This document shows positions 22,611 to 31,589 of a DNA stretch of 32,000 bases, in pieces. This stretch comes from an uncultured Planctomycetia bacterium (GTDB taxonomy: Bacteria > Omnitrophota > Gorgyraeia > Duberdicusellales > 4484-171). The position numbers and the translations under genes were made by a program. The stretch lies in the NCBI GenBank assembly GCA_964536865.1, contig CAZHYN010000009.1:22674-54673 (forward strand). Direction: 5' to 3'. Under the pieces are notes generated by a model. That model was not told the DNA's origin. It did not search any database and was given only the letters and a program-made list of their open reading frames with translations. The first letter of the stretch is position 1. Every line of letters starts with the position of its first letter.

Positions 22611-23921
22611 CTAAAGCTTCTCTACGTTGGGAAAACTCCTCTTATAAGCATTGCGTGTATCAAATATCAACCGAGAATTTCTCTGAAGAAATTGATAATT
22701 AAAATTAGAGTGGTTGGTGACTAGAATGGCGCAATGATATTTTTTTAAGGTATCTTTAGTAAGATTGATTCTTTTCAGGTTAATATATCTTATCTTTAAG
22801 TAAGGAATGAGTGGATCATAATAATCTACCTTCTTTACTCTCCTCTGAAGATGTTCAATGATATCTAGTGCTGGGGATTCCCTTAAATCCTTCACATCTC
22901 TTTTGTAAGTAACTCCTAAAATCAGAATCCTTGCTTTACTAAAAGTTACTCCTCTATTTCTTAATAACTTATTTACCCTTTCCACTACATACATAGGCAT
23001 ATAATGATTTATATATGAGGCTAAATCAATCATTCTTGTCTTAAATCCTAACTTCTTTGCTTTCCAGGAAAGATATATGGGATCTGTAGGAATGCAGTGC
23101 CCTCCTATCCCTGGCCCTGGCCAGAAGGGCATAAACCCAAAGGGTTTGGTTTTAGCTGCTTCCACAACATCCCAGATATTTACTCCCAATCTATTACATA
23201 CGATAGCAAATTCATTTACTAAAGCGATGTTAACCAATCTGAATGTATTCTCTAATAGCTTTGAGGCTTCAGCTACTTCTGGAGTTGATACGCCAAACAC
23301 ACTTTTTATAATTTTTGAATAGAGAAGCTTCGCTAAAAGGGTGGATTTATTAGAAAGCCCACCTACAATTTTGGGAATTTTTACTAAAGGGAATTTTGCA
23401 TCTCCAGGATTAACTCTCTCAGGAGAAAAACATAGAAAAAAATCTCTCTCTTCTTTTAACCCTGACTTTCTCAAAATAGGTAGAACTACGTCTCGTGTAG
23501 TAGTAGGATATGAAGTACTCTCTAAAATAATTAGCTGAGAAGCTCTGAGATAGTCTTTTATGGTCTGTGTTGCCTTAACTACATAGGATATATCAGGAAC
23601 CTTTACTTTTCTTAAAGGAGTTGGAACACAGATAATCACTACATCGGAATCAACTAAAACTTCTTCCTTTGTTGTAGGTAAAAATTTATTTTTCTTGATT
23701 AGAGAAAGGATCTGCCGAGAATCAACATCTATGATATATCTTTCTCCCTTTTTAAGCTTCTTTATACGAAGAGGATTGGTATCTAACCCATAGACAAAGT
23801 ACCCTACCTGAGAGAAAGCCTTAGCTAAAGGAAGGCCCACATATCCTAAACCCACAATGCAAATCTTTGCCTTTTTACCTTCAATTTTGTGCTTCAATAT
23901 CTTATAATTATCCATCCTCAA
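22611..23921 (-). CDS. Nucleotide-sugar dehydrogenase (UDP-N-acetyl-hexosamine 6-dehydrogenase type; WbpA/WecC/TviB-like)
   Basis: 436-aa ORF. IVGLGYVGLPLA, PGPGIGGHCIP. The stop abuts the start of the 4-epimerase gene. Confidence 0.75.
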   Translation of the reverse strand: MRMDNYKILKHKIEGKKAKICIVGLGYVGLPLAKAFSQVGYFVYGLDTNPLRIKKLKKGERYIIDVDSRQILSLIKKNKFLPTTKEEVLVDSDVVIICVPTPLRKVKVPDISYVVKATQTIKDYLRASQLIILESTSYPTTTRDVVLPILRKSGLKEERDFFLCFSPERVNPGDAKFPLVKIPKIVGGLSNKSTLLAKLLYSKIIKSVFGVSTPEVAEASKLLENTFRLVNIALVNEFAIVCNRLGVNIWDVVEAAKTKPFGFMPFWPGPGIGGHCIPTDPIYLSWKAKKLGFKTRMIDLASYINHYMPMYVVERVNKLLRNRGVTFSKARILILGVTYKRDVKDLRESPALDIIEHLQRRVKKVDYYDPLIPYLKIRYINLKRINLTKDTLKKYHCAILVTNHSNFNYQFLQRNSRLIFDTRNAYKRSFPNVEKL

Positions 23922-24016
23922 AATATACTTAAAGTTTAAATTATTTTATGTATTATAATTTAGCTACCTCATCAACAGTGTATATAAATTTAAACATACA
24001 AATAGTTGAAGGGGGA

Positions 24017-25378
24017 TCATTTGCCCATTCCTAGGTATTTAAAGCCCAAAGATTCTACGTAAGCCCTATCTAACATATTTCTCCCATCCGCTATTAGAGG
24101 CATCCGCATTAACTTTTTAATTCTTTTAAAATTTAGTCGCTTAAATTCATCCCATTCGGTAAGAAAACAAACACAATCACAATCTCTTACTGCTTGATAA
24201 GGATCTTTAGCAAACTTCACTTTTTTCCCTTTAAGTAGTTTCTTAGCTTCTTTCTTAGATTGAGGATCATAAAGGACTAGTCTACTACCTTCTTTTAAAA
24301 GATACTCTATAATATCTAATGAAGAAGCAAACCGCATATCATCGGTGTCAGGCTTAAATGATAGCCCTAAAATAGCTATCTTTTTATCCTTCAAGATCCA
24401 TAGATAATCTTTTATCTTCTCTACGAAATATTTCTTCTGCTCCTCATTTATTCTTTTCACCTCTCTAAGCAAGGTAAACTCATACCCTAATTTTTTAGAG
24501 ATGTATAAGAATGCCTCCAAGTCCTTAGGAAAGCAGAAACCTCCATAACCAATACCTGCTTTTAAGAATTCTTTACCTATACGGGGATCTAATCCCATGG
24601 CTTCTGCTACCTTATCTATGTTTGCCTTTGCCAGATCACACACTCTTGCTACCGCGTTGATAAAAGAGATTTTAGTAGCGAGAAAAGAATTAGAAGCGTG
24701 CTTTATAATCTCTGCAGTATTTATATCAGTAACTACAATGGGAGCCTTTAAGGAACGATAGAGATCTTTCAAAATCTTCTCTGCTCTCTCTGACTCTACA
24801 CCAATTACAATCCTATCCGGATGAAGAAAATCATGTACTGCCTTACCTTCTCTTAAGAACTCAGGGTTGGAAGCAACGTCAAAAGGCCTGTTGTTCTTCC
24901 TATATCTTAAGATGGTTTCTTTTATTTTCTCTCCTGTTTGCACAGGGACTGTGGATTTCTCTACAACTAACTTATAAGAATTTAAGTTTTTAGCTACCAA
25001 GTAAGCAATTCTTTCTAAAGAACTCAAATCTGCAGAACCATCAGGATTAGGAGGTGTGCCTACAGCAATAAAGATTACCTGAGCACTCTTAATTGCTTTT
25101 TTTAGATCGGGGGTAAACTCCAGTCTTCTCTCTTTGTAATTCTTCTCAACAAGCTCAAAAAGACCAGGTTCATAAAAAGGCAAAATTAACTTTTTTAGAC
25201 TACTAACTTTCTTTTTGTCTTTATCTACACAACAGACCTTATAGCCTAACTCTGCAAAGCATGCCCCGGTCACTAACCCTACATGCCCACATCCTACTAC
25301 GGTAATCCGATAACTTTTTTTAATACCTTTTCTTTGCTTTTTAATAGCTTTTCTTCGCTCCATGATATGTATGTTCAA
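24017..25378 (-). CDS. ugd: UDP-glucose 6-dehydrogenase
   Basis: 453-aa ORF. VVGCGHVGLVTGACFAELG, NPEFLREG, GYGGFCFPKD. The 22-aa N-terminal extension overlaps the lptD 3' end, so the true start is uncertain. Confidence 0.85.
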   Translation of the reverse strand: MNIHIMERRKAIKKQRKGIKKSYRITVVGCGHVGLVTGACFAELGYKVCCVDKDKKKVSSLKKLILPFYEPGLFELVEKNYKERRLEFTPDLKKAIKSAQVIFIAVGTPPNPDGSADLSSLERIAYLVAKNLNSYKLVVEKSTVPVQTGEKIKETILRYRKNNRPFDVASNPEFLREGKAVHDFLHPDRIVIGVESERAEKILKDLYRSLKAPIVVTDINTAEIIKHASNSFLATKISFINAVARVCDLAKANIDKVAEAMGLDPRIGKEFLKAGIGYGGFCFPKDLEAFLYISKKLGYEFTLLREVKRINEEQKKYFVEKIKDYLWILKDKKIAILGLSFKPDTDDMRFASSLDIIEYLLKEGSRLVLYDPQSKKEAKKLLKGKKVKFAKDPYQAVRDCDCVCFLTEWDEFKRLNFKRIKKLMRMPLIADGRNMLDRAYVESLGFKYLGMGK

Positions 25379-27464
25379 AACCTATATGAACCTTAGGAAA
25401 AGCTTTTACACGAAAAATCACCCATATGGTAATATTCCTTTCCTTATCTACATCTACTCCCAAATCCATCCACCAGCAGTGGAGGTCTCTCCTTAAAATG
25501 TACTGCTGTTCTTTAAAATCCCCAGTTTTATATTCATAACGCAGATAATTTTTGAATTGTAGTTTCGGAGTTAGTTGGCAGGTTAAAGAAAAGGTACTTT
25601 GAGAGCTTTCTTTTCTTGCATAACGATGACCGAATGAAAAAGCATACTTTTTATCTTTGTCTTGAAAATTCAGGTCAACATTTACCTCCTTGAAAGCGCG
25701 ATCCCGACAGTCATAATTAGACTCGGTATCCAGAGATAGCCTCTGGGTAGGGTTGAATTCCAAATCCATCTTTACATTATCAAAGTAGCTACCTCTACCT
25801 TCTTCATTTATTTTATACTCTAAAGAAGGTGAAAAATATAAAAAATCCCACTGTCGAGAGGAATTCTTCGCTTGAAACCTATTGTCTAATTTAAAAACAA
25901 TTGATTCTTTCCTTTCCAAATCGTCAGTACTATCAAACTGAAAAATATGAGACTTCTCTACTGTGGGAGGATGAATATAGATGTAAGTTAAAATAGGAGT
26001 TATTATGTGTCTTAATTTAGAAATTTTCTCCCCAAAAAGAGAAAACTCTCTATTAAATATCTTATAAAGATTGGTGCTCAAACTAATACCAGCTTCGGGC
26101 GCATTTCTTAAGACATTTTCTTTACCAAAAATATTTTTAGAATAGTAAGTAGCAAAACACCCAATATAGGGATTTATATCTAACCAAGCTAATTTTGTTT
26201 CATAGCTCAATACATTATGAGAATGAAAACGCAAAGCATCGTCATCTTGATCAGAATTTGCATTTTTCTTAGAGAGGTTTGCCAAAGAAATTTGAGATTT
26301 AATATAAAAAGGATAGGTAGTAGAAACTCTCTGTTTAAAAATGTTATATTCTAACTTAGGTAAATACTCAGTCTCTGTATAAAAGTGATTTGCTCTTTTT
26401 TGAATAAGCAAGGATAAAGAAGAATGATGAAATGCTAAATCTGCTAAAGTATAAGAAAGAGGATGGGGCTGAATTTCATATTCTCGGTAGAAGAAATCTT
26501 TCATAAAATATTTATCAGAAAATTTATGGAACTCGCTCTTGATAGATAGATTAGAGGCAGGTCTCCAACTATAGAAAAATTGGGCTTTATATCTATCGTC
26601 TTCTAAGTATTTAGGAAGTATATTTTCTCTTTCCGGATAGATGTCAAAAAGTTCTTCTCTTTCTTGTTCTCTATACAGTTTATCTTGGATAGAATAGAAT
26701 TTAAATAAACTTTCGCCAAAATCTCCACTCTTACTTTTATAGGTTACACCAGCTGCTTTGCCCCGTTTTTGATACCAATCAAAATGAATTCTACCTTTGT
26801 TCTCCTCACTAAGATAGTACCGCCATCGAGTTAATACATAAAAACCCCACTCTTTACTTTTCCCTGGAGAAACCTGGAGAGGAAAAGATTTATCCTTTAT
26901 AGATTGAGAGTAGTAAGGAAGGTAAAATACAGGCAGCTTACCTATTCTTAATGCTACATTTTTAGCTACTACCTTTTTGCCAGGATAAACAGTAATTCTT
27001 TTTGCGGTTAAACGGTAATGAGGATCCTTAAGATTACAGGTAGTAACAAAACCATTGTGCAAAATGTATTTATTTTGATAAATACCCTCTCCTAATTCTG
27101 CATTTCCATATATAGGTGGTGATTCTATCCTGATACTCTTTGTTTCTATCTCTTTCTTTAGAAAATCATAAGAAGCAGAATCTGCAAAAACTACTCCTTT
27201 CTCAGAAGTAATCTTCACATTCCCTTTAAGGAAGGCAGTGCTTTTCTCCACTTCGTAAACTGCTTCCTCACAGGTTATAACCACTTCTTTATACTTTAAT
27301 ACTACGTTTCCTTTTGCTACAATTTTACCTTTTTGTTGAAGGTAGCTAACCTGATCTCCTTCTACAATAACTGGAATGGAAGTTTTCTGAGAAAGTGCTT
27401 CCCGCATACCAAAGAGTAAACTCAGAAAGAGTAAACCCCCAAATATACCAAAGAGTTTCTTCAT
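25341..27464 (-). CDS. lptD: LptD/OstA-like outer-membrane LPS-assembly protein
   Basis: 707-aa ORF. Signal peptide ([18 protein letters not shown]), OstA-like N-terminal beta-jellyroll repeats (GDQVSY...GNVVLKY...AVYE...GNVKI), and a long aromatic-rich beta-barrel-like remainder. Confidence 0.7.
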   Translation of the reverse strand: MKKLFGIFGGLLFLSLLFGMREALSQKTSIPVIVEGDQVSYLQQKGKIVAKGNVVLKYKEVVITCEEAVYEVEKSTAFLKGNVKITSEKGVVFADSASYDFLKKEIETKSIRIESPPIYGNAELGEGIYQNKYILHNGFVTTCNLKDPHYRLTAKRITVYPGKKVVAKNVALRIGKLPVFYLPYYSQSIKDKSFPLQVSPGKSKEWGFYVLTRWRYYLSEENKGRIHFDWYQKRGKAAGVTYKSKSGDFGESLFKFYSIQDKLYREQEREELFDIYPERENILPKYLEDDRYKAQFFYSWRPASNLSIKSEFHKFSDKYFMKDFFYREYEIQPHPLSYTLADLAFHHSSLSLLIQKRANHFYTETEYLPKLEYNIFKQRVSTTYPFYIKSQISLANLSKKNANSDQDDDALRFHSHNVLSYETKLAWLDINPYIGCFATYYSKNIFGKENVLRNAPEAGISLSTNLYKIFNREFSLFGEKISKLRHIITPILTYIYIHPPTVEKSHIFQFDSTDDLERKESIVFKLDNRFQAKNSSRQWDFLYFSPSLEYKINEEGRGSYFDNVKMDLEFNPTQRLSLDTESNYDCRDRAFKEVNVDLNFQDKDKKYAFSFGHRYARKESSQSTFSLTCQLTPKLQFKNYLRYEYKTGDFKEQQYILRRDLHCWWMDLGVDVDKERNITIWVIFRVKAFPKVHIGFEHTYHGAKKSY

Positions 27465-28117
27465 TTACCCAATATTTTCTTAAGATTCTCCCAATCACTT
27501 AAAAATCTTTCTATACCTCTATCAGTAAGAGGGTGTTGCATTAATTTTTCTATTACATAGAAGGGAACCGTAGCACAGTCTGCCCTTAAGCGAGCTGCCT
27601 CTATAAAATGAATAGGATGTCGAATAGAAGCAACGATTATCTGAGTAGGTATATCAAAGTTGTCAAAGATAAGTCTTATATCCTTTACCAAATTCATACC
27701 TTCAGTAGAGATATCATCTAATCTTCCTACAAAAGGAGAAACATAACTTGCTCCTGCTTTAGCTACTAATAGAGCTTGAGAAGGAGAAAAACACAAGGTA
27801 AGATTAGTCTTGATTCCCAAAGAGGTTAGGATTTTAGTTGCTTTCAATCCCTCTACAGTAGAAGGAATCTTTATTACGATATTAGAAGCTAAACTAGCTA
27901 ACTCTTTTGCCTCTCTAACCATTCCATCGCATTCCAAACTAGTAACTTCCGCACTCACCGGCCCTTCTACTATCTCACAAATCTTCTTAAGCTGGGTAAT
28001 AGGGTCTTTTTTCTCTTTAGCTAAGAGAGTAGGGTTGGTGGTAACTCCATCTAATACCCCGTAAGAGTTAGCCTTTCTAATCTCTTCTAGACTCGCTGTA
28101 TCTATAAATAGCCTCAT
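27461..28117 (-). CDS. tal: Short-type transaldolase / fructose-6-phosphate aldolase
   Basis: 218-aa [50 protein letters not shown]. Confidence 0.9.
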   Translation of the reverse strand: MRLFIDTASLEEIRKANSYGVLDGVTTNPTLLAKEKKDPITQLKKICEIVEGPVSAEVTSLECDGMVREAKELASLASNIVIKIPSTVEGLKATKILTSLGIKTNLTLCFSPSQALLVAKAGASYVSPFVGRLDDISTEGMNLVKDIRLIFDNFDIPTQIIVASIRHPIHFIEAARLRADCATVPFYVIEKLMQHPLTDRGIERFLSDWENLKKILGK

Positions 28118-29064
28118 CCTCCCCTCCTTCGCTTAAGATTCTCTTTTACTAAAATGCCTGCACCGATTATCCCTGCATCCTTTAATCTACCTCTTACTAT
28201 CTTCAGTTGTTTAAGGTAAGGCCACATAGCTTGGTGGGTAATTACCTGCCAAAGTAAAGGTTTAAAAAGAGTAAATGCTCCTGCAACTCCTCCTCCTAAA
28301 ACAATCATCTGAGGATTAAAAATATTAACCATTCCCGCAAGAAACCTACCTAAACTTTGAGAAAACTCCTTCCACACAACTAAGGCTTCCTTTTCTCCCT
28401 GGAGAGCTCTTTTAAAGATTTCTCTTACTTGCGTATCTTTTTTCTTCTTCTTAAGTCTTCGATACCTATCAATTAAATATGTCGCTCCCACAAAAGTCTC
28501 AATACATCCTCTTGCTCCACAACTACATTTTCTGCCATCAATGGTTATAGGAATATGGCCCAACTCTCCACAGGAAGTTTCTCCTTTTAGGATTTCCCCA
28601 TCAAATGCTACCGCTCCTCCCAAACCTGTTCCTAAAGTCAAAAATATAACTCGGGATTTCCCTTTAGCTATACCTAAACGTAGTTCTGCCAAGGCAAAAA
28701 GGTTAGCGTCGTTATCCACATATACTGGCAAATTAGTCAATCTATGCAACTTCTCTCTTAAAGGATAGTTTTCCCATCCAGAAATATTAGGAAGATAATA
28801 GATAAACCCTTTAGGTATATTCACTATCCCAGGGGCACCGATACCTATACCTTTTAAAGAATAAACAGAAAATTTTTGGAGTAACTCTTTTATTTTCTTA
28901 AAGAAATTATCTTTCTCTTTCAAATGAGGGGAGTAAACAATTTCTTTTTTAAGGAGTTTGCCTCTGCTATCAATTATGCCTGCTTTAAAGAAACTGCCTC
29001 CCCAATCAATCCCTAAGTAGGCCTTCATAGAAAAACATTTTATCCTATATTTCAATGTTTGCAA
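28114..29064 (-). CDS. ROK-family sugar kinase (glucokinase-like)
   Basis: GIDWGGS, DNDANL, LGTGLGG and the zinc motif GHIPI...[10 protein letters not shown]. The likely true start is the second Met, at 29028 ([11 protein letters not shown]). Confidence 0.8.
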   Translation of the reverse strand: MQTLKYRIKCFSMKAYLGIDWGGSFFKAGIIDSRGKLLKKEIVYSPHLKEKDNFFKKIKELLQKFSVYSLKGIGIGAPGIVNIPKGFIYYLPNISGWENYPLREKLHRLTNLPVYVDNDANLFALAELRLGIAKGKSRVIFLTLGTGLGGAVAFDGEILKGETSCGELGHIPITIDGRKCSCGARGCIETFVGATYLIDRYRRLKKKKKDTQVREIFKRALQGEKEALVVWKEFSQSLGRFLAGMVNIFNPQMIVLGGGVAGAFTLFKPLLWQVITHQAMWPYLKQLKIVRGRLKDAGIIGAGILVKENLKRRRGG

Positions 29065-29498
29065 TATAAAAAAGAAGGTATTACAGGAAGCGGAAGTAGG
29101 TAGAGGTATAATTGTCTAATTAAAAAGGAAGATTTGCCCAAAAATAGGGATTAACCCAAGGTGTATATTTTTCTAATAATTTTGGGAATTGTACACATCC
29201 CTATTTTTTATTTCAAAAAGTTGCACAAAAAAGGCTGAACCTCTTTTGTGCAGAAATTAAATAGTTTTTAGAGTGCGTGCTCCTAAATTGACTGAAATAG
29301 TTTTTCATTATGGCTTTTTGAAAAAAATCGTTGTTAATTTATCTCTATCTTCTTCTTTTCTAAAGACTTGGAGAGAACCGCCCAAAAGTTTTAGAAATGT
29401 CAAACTTATTCCTTACTTCGGCACCCCGAAGAGGCTCTCCTTGAACTTTTACATTCGCGGTTAGGAAATGGTATTACTTTACTGAGCACAAATGTAAT

Positions 29499-29813
29499 CT
29501 AATAAGCCATCCACGAGACCCAAGGTCTCCAAGCATCCACAGCAATAATACTCACATTAAGCGTAAGACCGTCAGCATCAAATGAAACAACATCACCCTA
29601 GAAAACATAAGGCCCGCTGGGTTTGCGATACTCGAAAACATTCGGCGCTATGAAAATATCATATGTATCTTGCTCCTCATACACACAATTATTAACAATA
29701 GAACCGCCAACGATATATGCTCGCCCGAGAGATACTCCAGGCATATCCATAAAAACACATTTTGGTTTGAAACCTAAACCTGTTACTTTGCATGGGCAAT
29801 ACTGATTAAGACA
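29499..29813 (-). pseudogene. Start-less gene fragment with an in-frame TAG
   Basis: My own translation: KVTGLGFKPKCVFMDMPGVSLGRAYIVGGSIVNNCVYEEQDTYDIFIAPNVFEYRKPSGPYVF-TAG(29598..29600)-GDVVSFDADGLTLNVSIIAVDAWRPWVSWMAY-stop. Protein-like composition but no upstream start codon. Confidence 0.45.
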
Positions 29814-29913
29814 TCATATTTGCCTAACTTATAGTCATAGCTTATGCTGGATGTAAATCTTTCTACCAAAGGATCGGTCTTCTTCTTAAACCTTGAGCTC
29901 CATAGGTTGTTCA
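29783..29913 (-). pseudogene. argH: 5' fossil of argininosuccinate lyase (argH), frameshifted
   Basis: MNNLWSSRFKK, then after a 1-nt frameshift near 29875, DPLVERFTSSISYDYKLGKYDVLISIAHAK-stop. This matches the conserved ArgH N-terminus (LWGGRF...D.LV..F..SI.FD..L...DI.GS.AHA). Only about 43 of about 460 codons remain. Confidence 0.65.
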
Positions 29914-29943
29914 TTAACAACCACTCCGTTTACTTTTATTTCT

Positions 29944-30594
29944 TTACCTTAAATCCCATTCCGACCAGCTTCGCAAAGTAGCTACTGCACTGATGTTAGT
30001 TCTAACTCGATAGTACCATTCTTTCGGTATAATGAAGGTGGATGTTGTCCACGCATTGTTTAAAGCCGAAGACCATACAGCCGTTTGCCAAGTTGTACCA
30101 TCAACACTAATTTCGCAATAAGTATATCCACCACCGGCACCAAATCCAACAGAAACTGTCACTATCCTAACCGCATCTCCATTTTGATAAGAGCTATTAA
30201 GGCTTCTTACTGGTTGAGAAAAAGATACATCAAATCCCCCCATCTCCTTCCACTTACTAGCAGAACCATCATAATACTTAAACTTGTGCTCAGAATCATC
30301 GTAATAAAGTGCCCCGTCTTGTTGGTCATTTGAACCTGTAGGCTCTGATATACCTTTAAATATCATCACTCCCTCTGTATCAGGTGAAGGGATGGCGCCT
30401 GAGTCTGATTCTCCAATCACCATCTTATTTGCCCGCAGTTCATTATACACCCCATATGGCGCAGGATAATAGGTGGTGATGGTAATGGTTTCTCCTCCCT
30501 GGGCAAAGCCAGATAAAGTATAAAAACCGATAGCTAACCCCATTACCCCAACCAAAACCAGACTCCCAAAAACAGGCCTCTTCCACATTGACAC
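29944..30594 (-). CDS. Secreted or membrane-anchored protein with a tail-fibre-like motif
   Basis: 216-aa ORF. N-terminal hydrophobic anchor VFGSLVLVGVMGLAIGFYTL, then TITTYYPAPYGVYNEL and GALYYDDSEHKFKYYDGSASKWKEMGG, then a Trp/Ser/Thr-rich beta-type C-terminus. G+C is visibly higher than in neighbouring genes. Confidence 0.6.
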   Translation of the reverse strand: MSMWKRPVFGSLVLVGVMGLAIGFYTLSGFAQGGETITITTYYPAPYGVYNELRANKMVIGESDSGAIPSPDTEGVMIFKGISEPTGSNDQQDGALYYDDSEHKFKYYDGSASKWKEMGGFDVSFSQPVRSLNSSYQNGDAVRIVTVSVGFGAGGGYTYCEISVDGTTWQTAVWSSALNNAWTTSTFIIPKEWYYRVRTNISAVATLRSWSEWDLR

Positions 30595-30604
30595 CTCCTT
30601 TCTT

Positions 30605-30889
30605 CTATCTGAATATAGCTTTTTTAAAAATATCTTTTTTAAGCCGGATATTAAAAACGGTGGTCCAGAAATTGAGAACTTTTTTAAACCAAACTCCCCT
30701 CCGAGGGTATCTTATTACTTTTTTAATATCTTTTTCAGGATAAAGTTTAAAAAGCAATTTCAAATCCTCCCAGGTTCCATAATTTAAAACCTGGGTGATG
30801 ATTTCATCTTTATCTTCTTCTAAATCCATTTTGGAAATATCATAGGACCATAGCACTTTCTGGAATTGTTTTGGCAATTTTTGAGCCAT
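30605..30889 (-). CDS. 94-aa small protein coupled to the AbiEii-like gene
   Basis: Starts 2 nt after the stop of the upstream NTase gene. VLWSYDISKMDLEEDKDEIITQVLNYGTWEDLKLL resembles small partner proteins of such NTases, but I cannot name the family reliably. Confidence 0.5.
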   Translation of the reverse strand: MAQKLPKQFQKVLWSYDISKMDLEEDKDEIITQVLNYGTWEDLKLLFKLYPEKDIKKVIRYPRRGVWFKKVLNFWTTVFNIRLKKDIFKKAIFR

Positions 30890-30891
30890 AT

Positions 30892-31527
30892 CTATTTTCT
30901 TAAATAAGAAATTCTGTAATTGTTTACTTCTTTTAAAATAAATTTTTTTAATTTACTCCAGGAAACTTCTTCTATTAATCTAAATCTTCCTATTTTTATA
31001 TCCTTTTCTGCGTCATCAAAATAAACAAGCCCCTGAAGCCCCACATAGATATTGAATTTTGGATATTTTGCTTTAGTAAATTCAATAATTTTAGCCAAGC
31101 CAAACTTTTTAATCAAAAAATAAATATCAATAAAGTCCCTCCTTTTTCCTCTTTGAGCAATAGATATTATTTTCATAGCAGCAATATCTTCTGGTGAGGC
31201 TAAATTTATTCCTTCAAATTTATTAAGAGGCCTTATAAGTTTATAGGGGTATTTAAAAAAACTTAGGCCTACATCATTAACATTTAAACTTAAAGTATCT
31301 TCAGCAATATAAATTTCTTGAACATTCTTAAATCTTTGGTCAAACTCCTCTCTTAGTTTCCTAAAATCAAATTTCTTCTCAGTATAGAAATCAAAGTCTA
31401 AAGAAGTTCGGTGATTAATCTGTAAAGCCAGAGCAGTTCCCCCGGCCAAATAAAATCCATATTTTTTCAAAAACCCTATTTTTTTTAATATATCTTTCTG
31501 TTTCTTATTAAGAATTGACCAATGCAT
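30892..31527 (-). CDS. AbiEii/AbiGii-family nucleotidyltransferase (toxin-like), short form
   Basis: 211-aa ORF. FYLAGGTALALQINHRTSLDFDFY is the GGTAL...S.D.DF signature of DUF1814/AbiEii proteins. Confidence 0.6.
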   Translation of the reverse strand: MHWSILNKKQKDILKKIGFLKKYGFYLAGGTALALQINHRTSLDFDFYTEKKFDFRKLREEFDQRFKNVQEIYIAEDTLSLNVNDVGLSFFKYPYKLIRPLNKFEGINLASPEDIAAMKIISIAQRGKRRDFIDIYFLIKKFGLAKIIEFTKAKYPKFNIYVGLQGLVYFDDAEKDIKIGRFRLIEEVSWSKLKKFILKEVNNYRISYLRK

Positions 31528-31589
31528 ATTTTTTTATTATAGCATAAACTGTTAAATTAGGGAAATGAAACCTCGAATGAAGCGTTATA

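Noticed and set aside
29598-29600. In-frame TAG as evidence of stop-codon reassignment (recoded phage or alternative genetic code).
   Set aside because: TAG clearly terminates several well-supported genes here (the 436-aa dehydrogenase at 22611, ATPase A3 at 5804, and the 60-aa ORFs). The fragment also lacks a start codon and abuts another fossil. A decayed pseudogene is the simpler reading.
10469-30333. All plus-strand track ORFs (10469..10669, 11834..12085, 14418..14657, 15378..15581, 17781..17999, 18985..19179, 19475..19699, 21568..21951, 23077..23322, 23341..23538, 27810..28064, 28541..28768, 29273..29464, 29623..29805, 30085..30333).
   Set aside because: Nearly all lie antisense to a longer minus-strand gene or gene fragment with clear family motifs. 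The exception, 29273..29464, lies in the decayed intergenic stretch. All have low-complexity or proline/serine-rich shadow-ORF composition, and none has a start context or motif.
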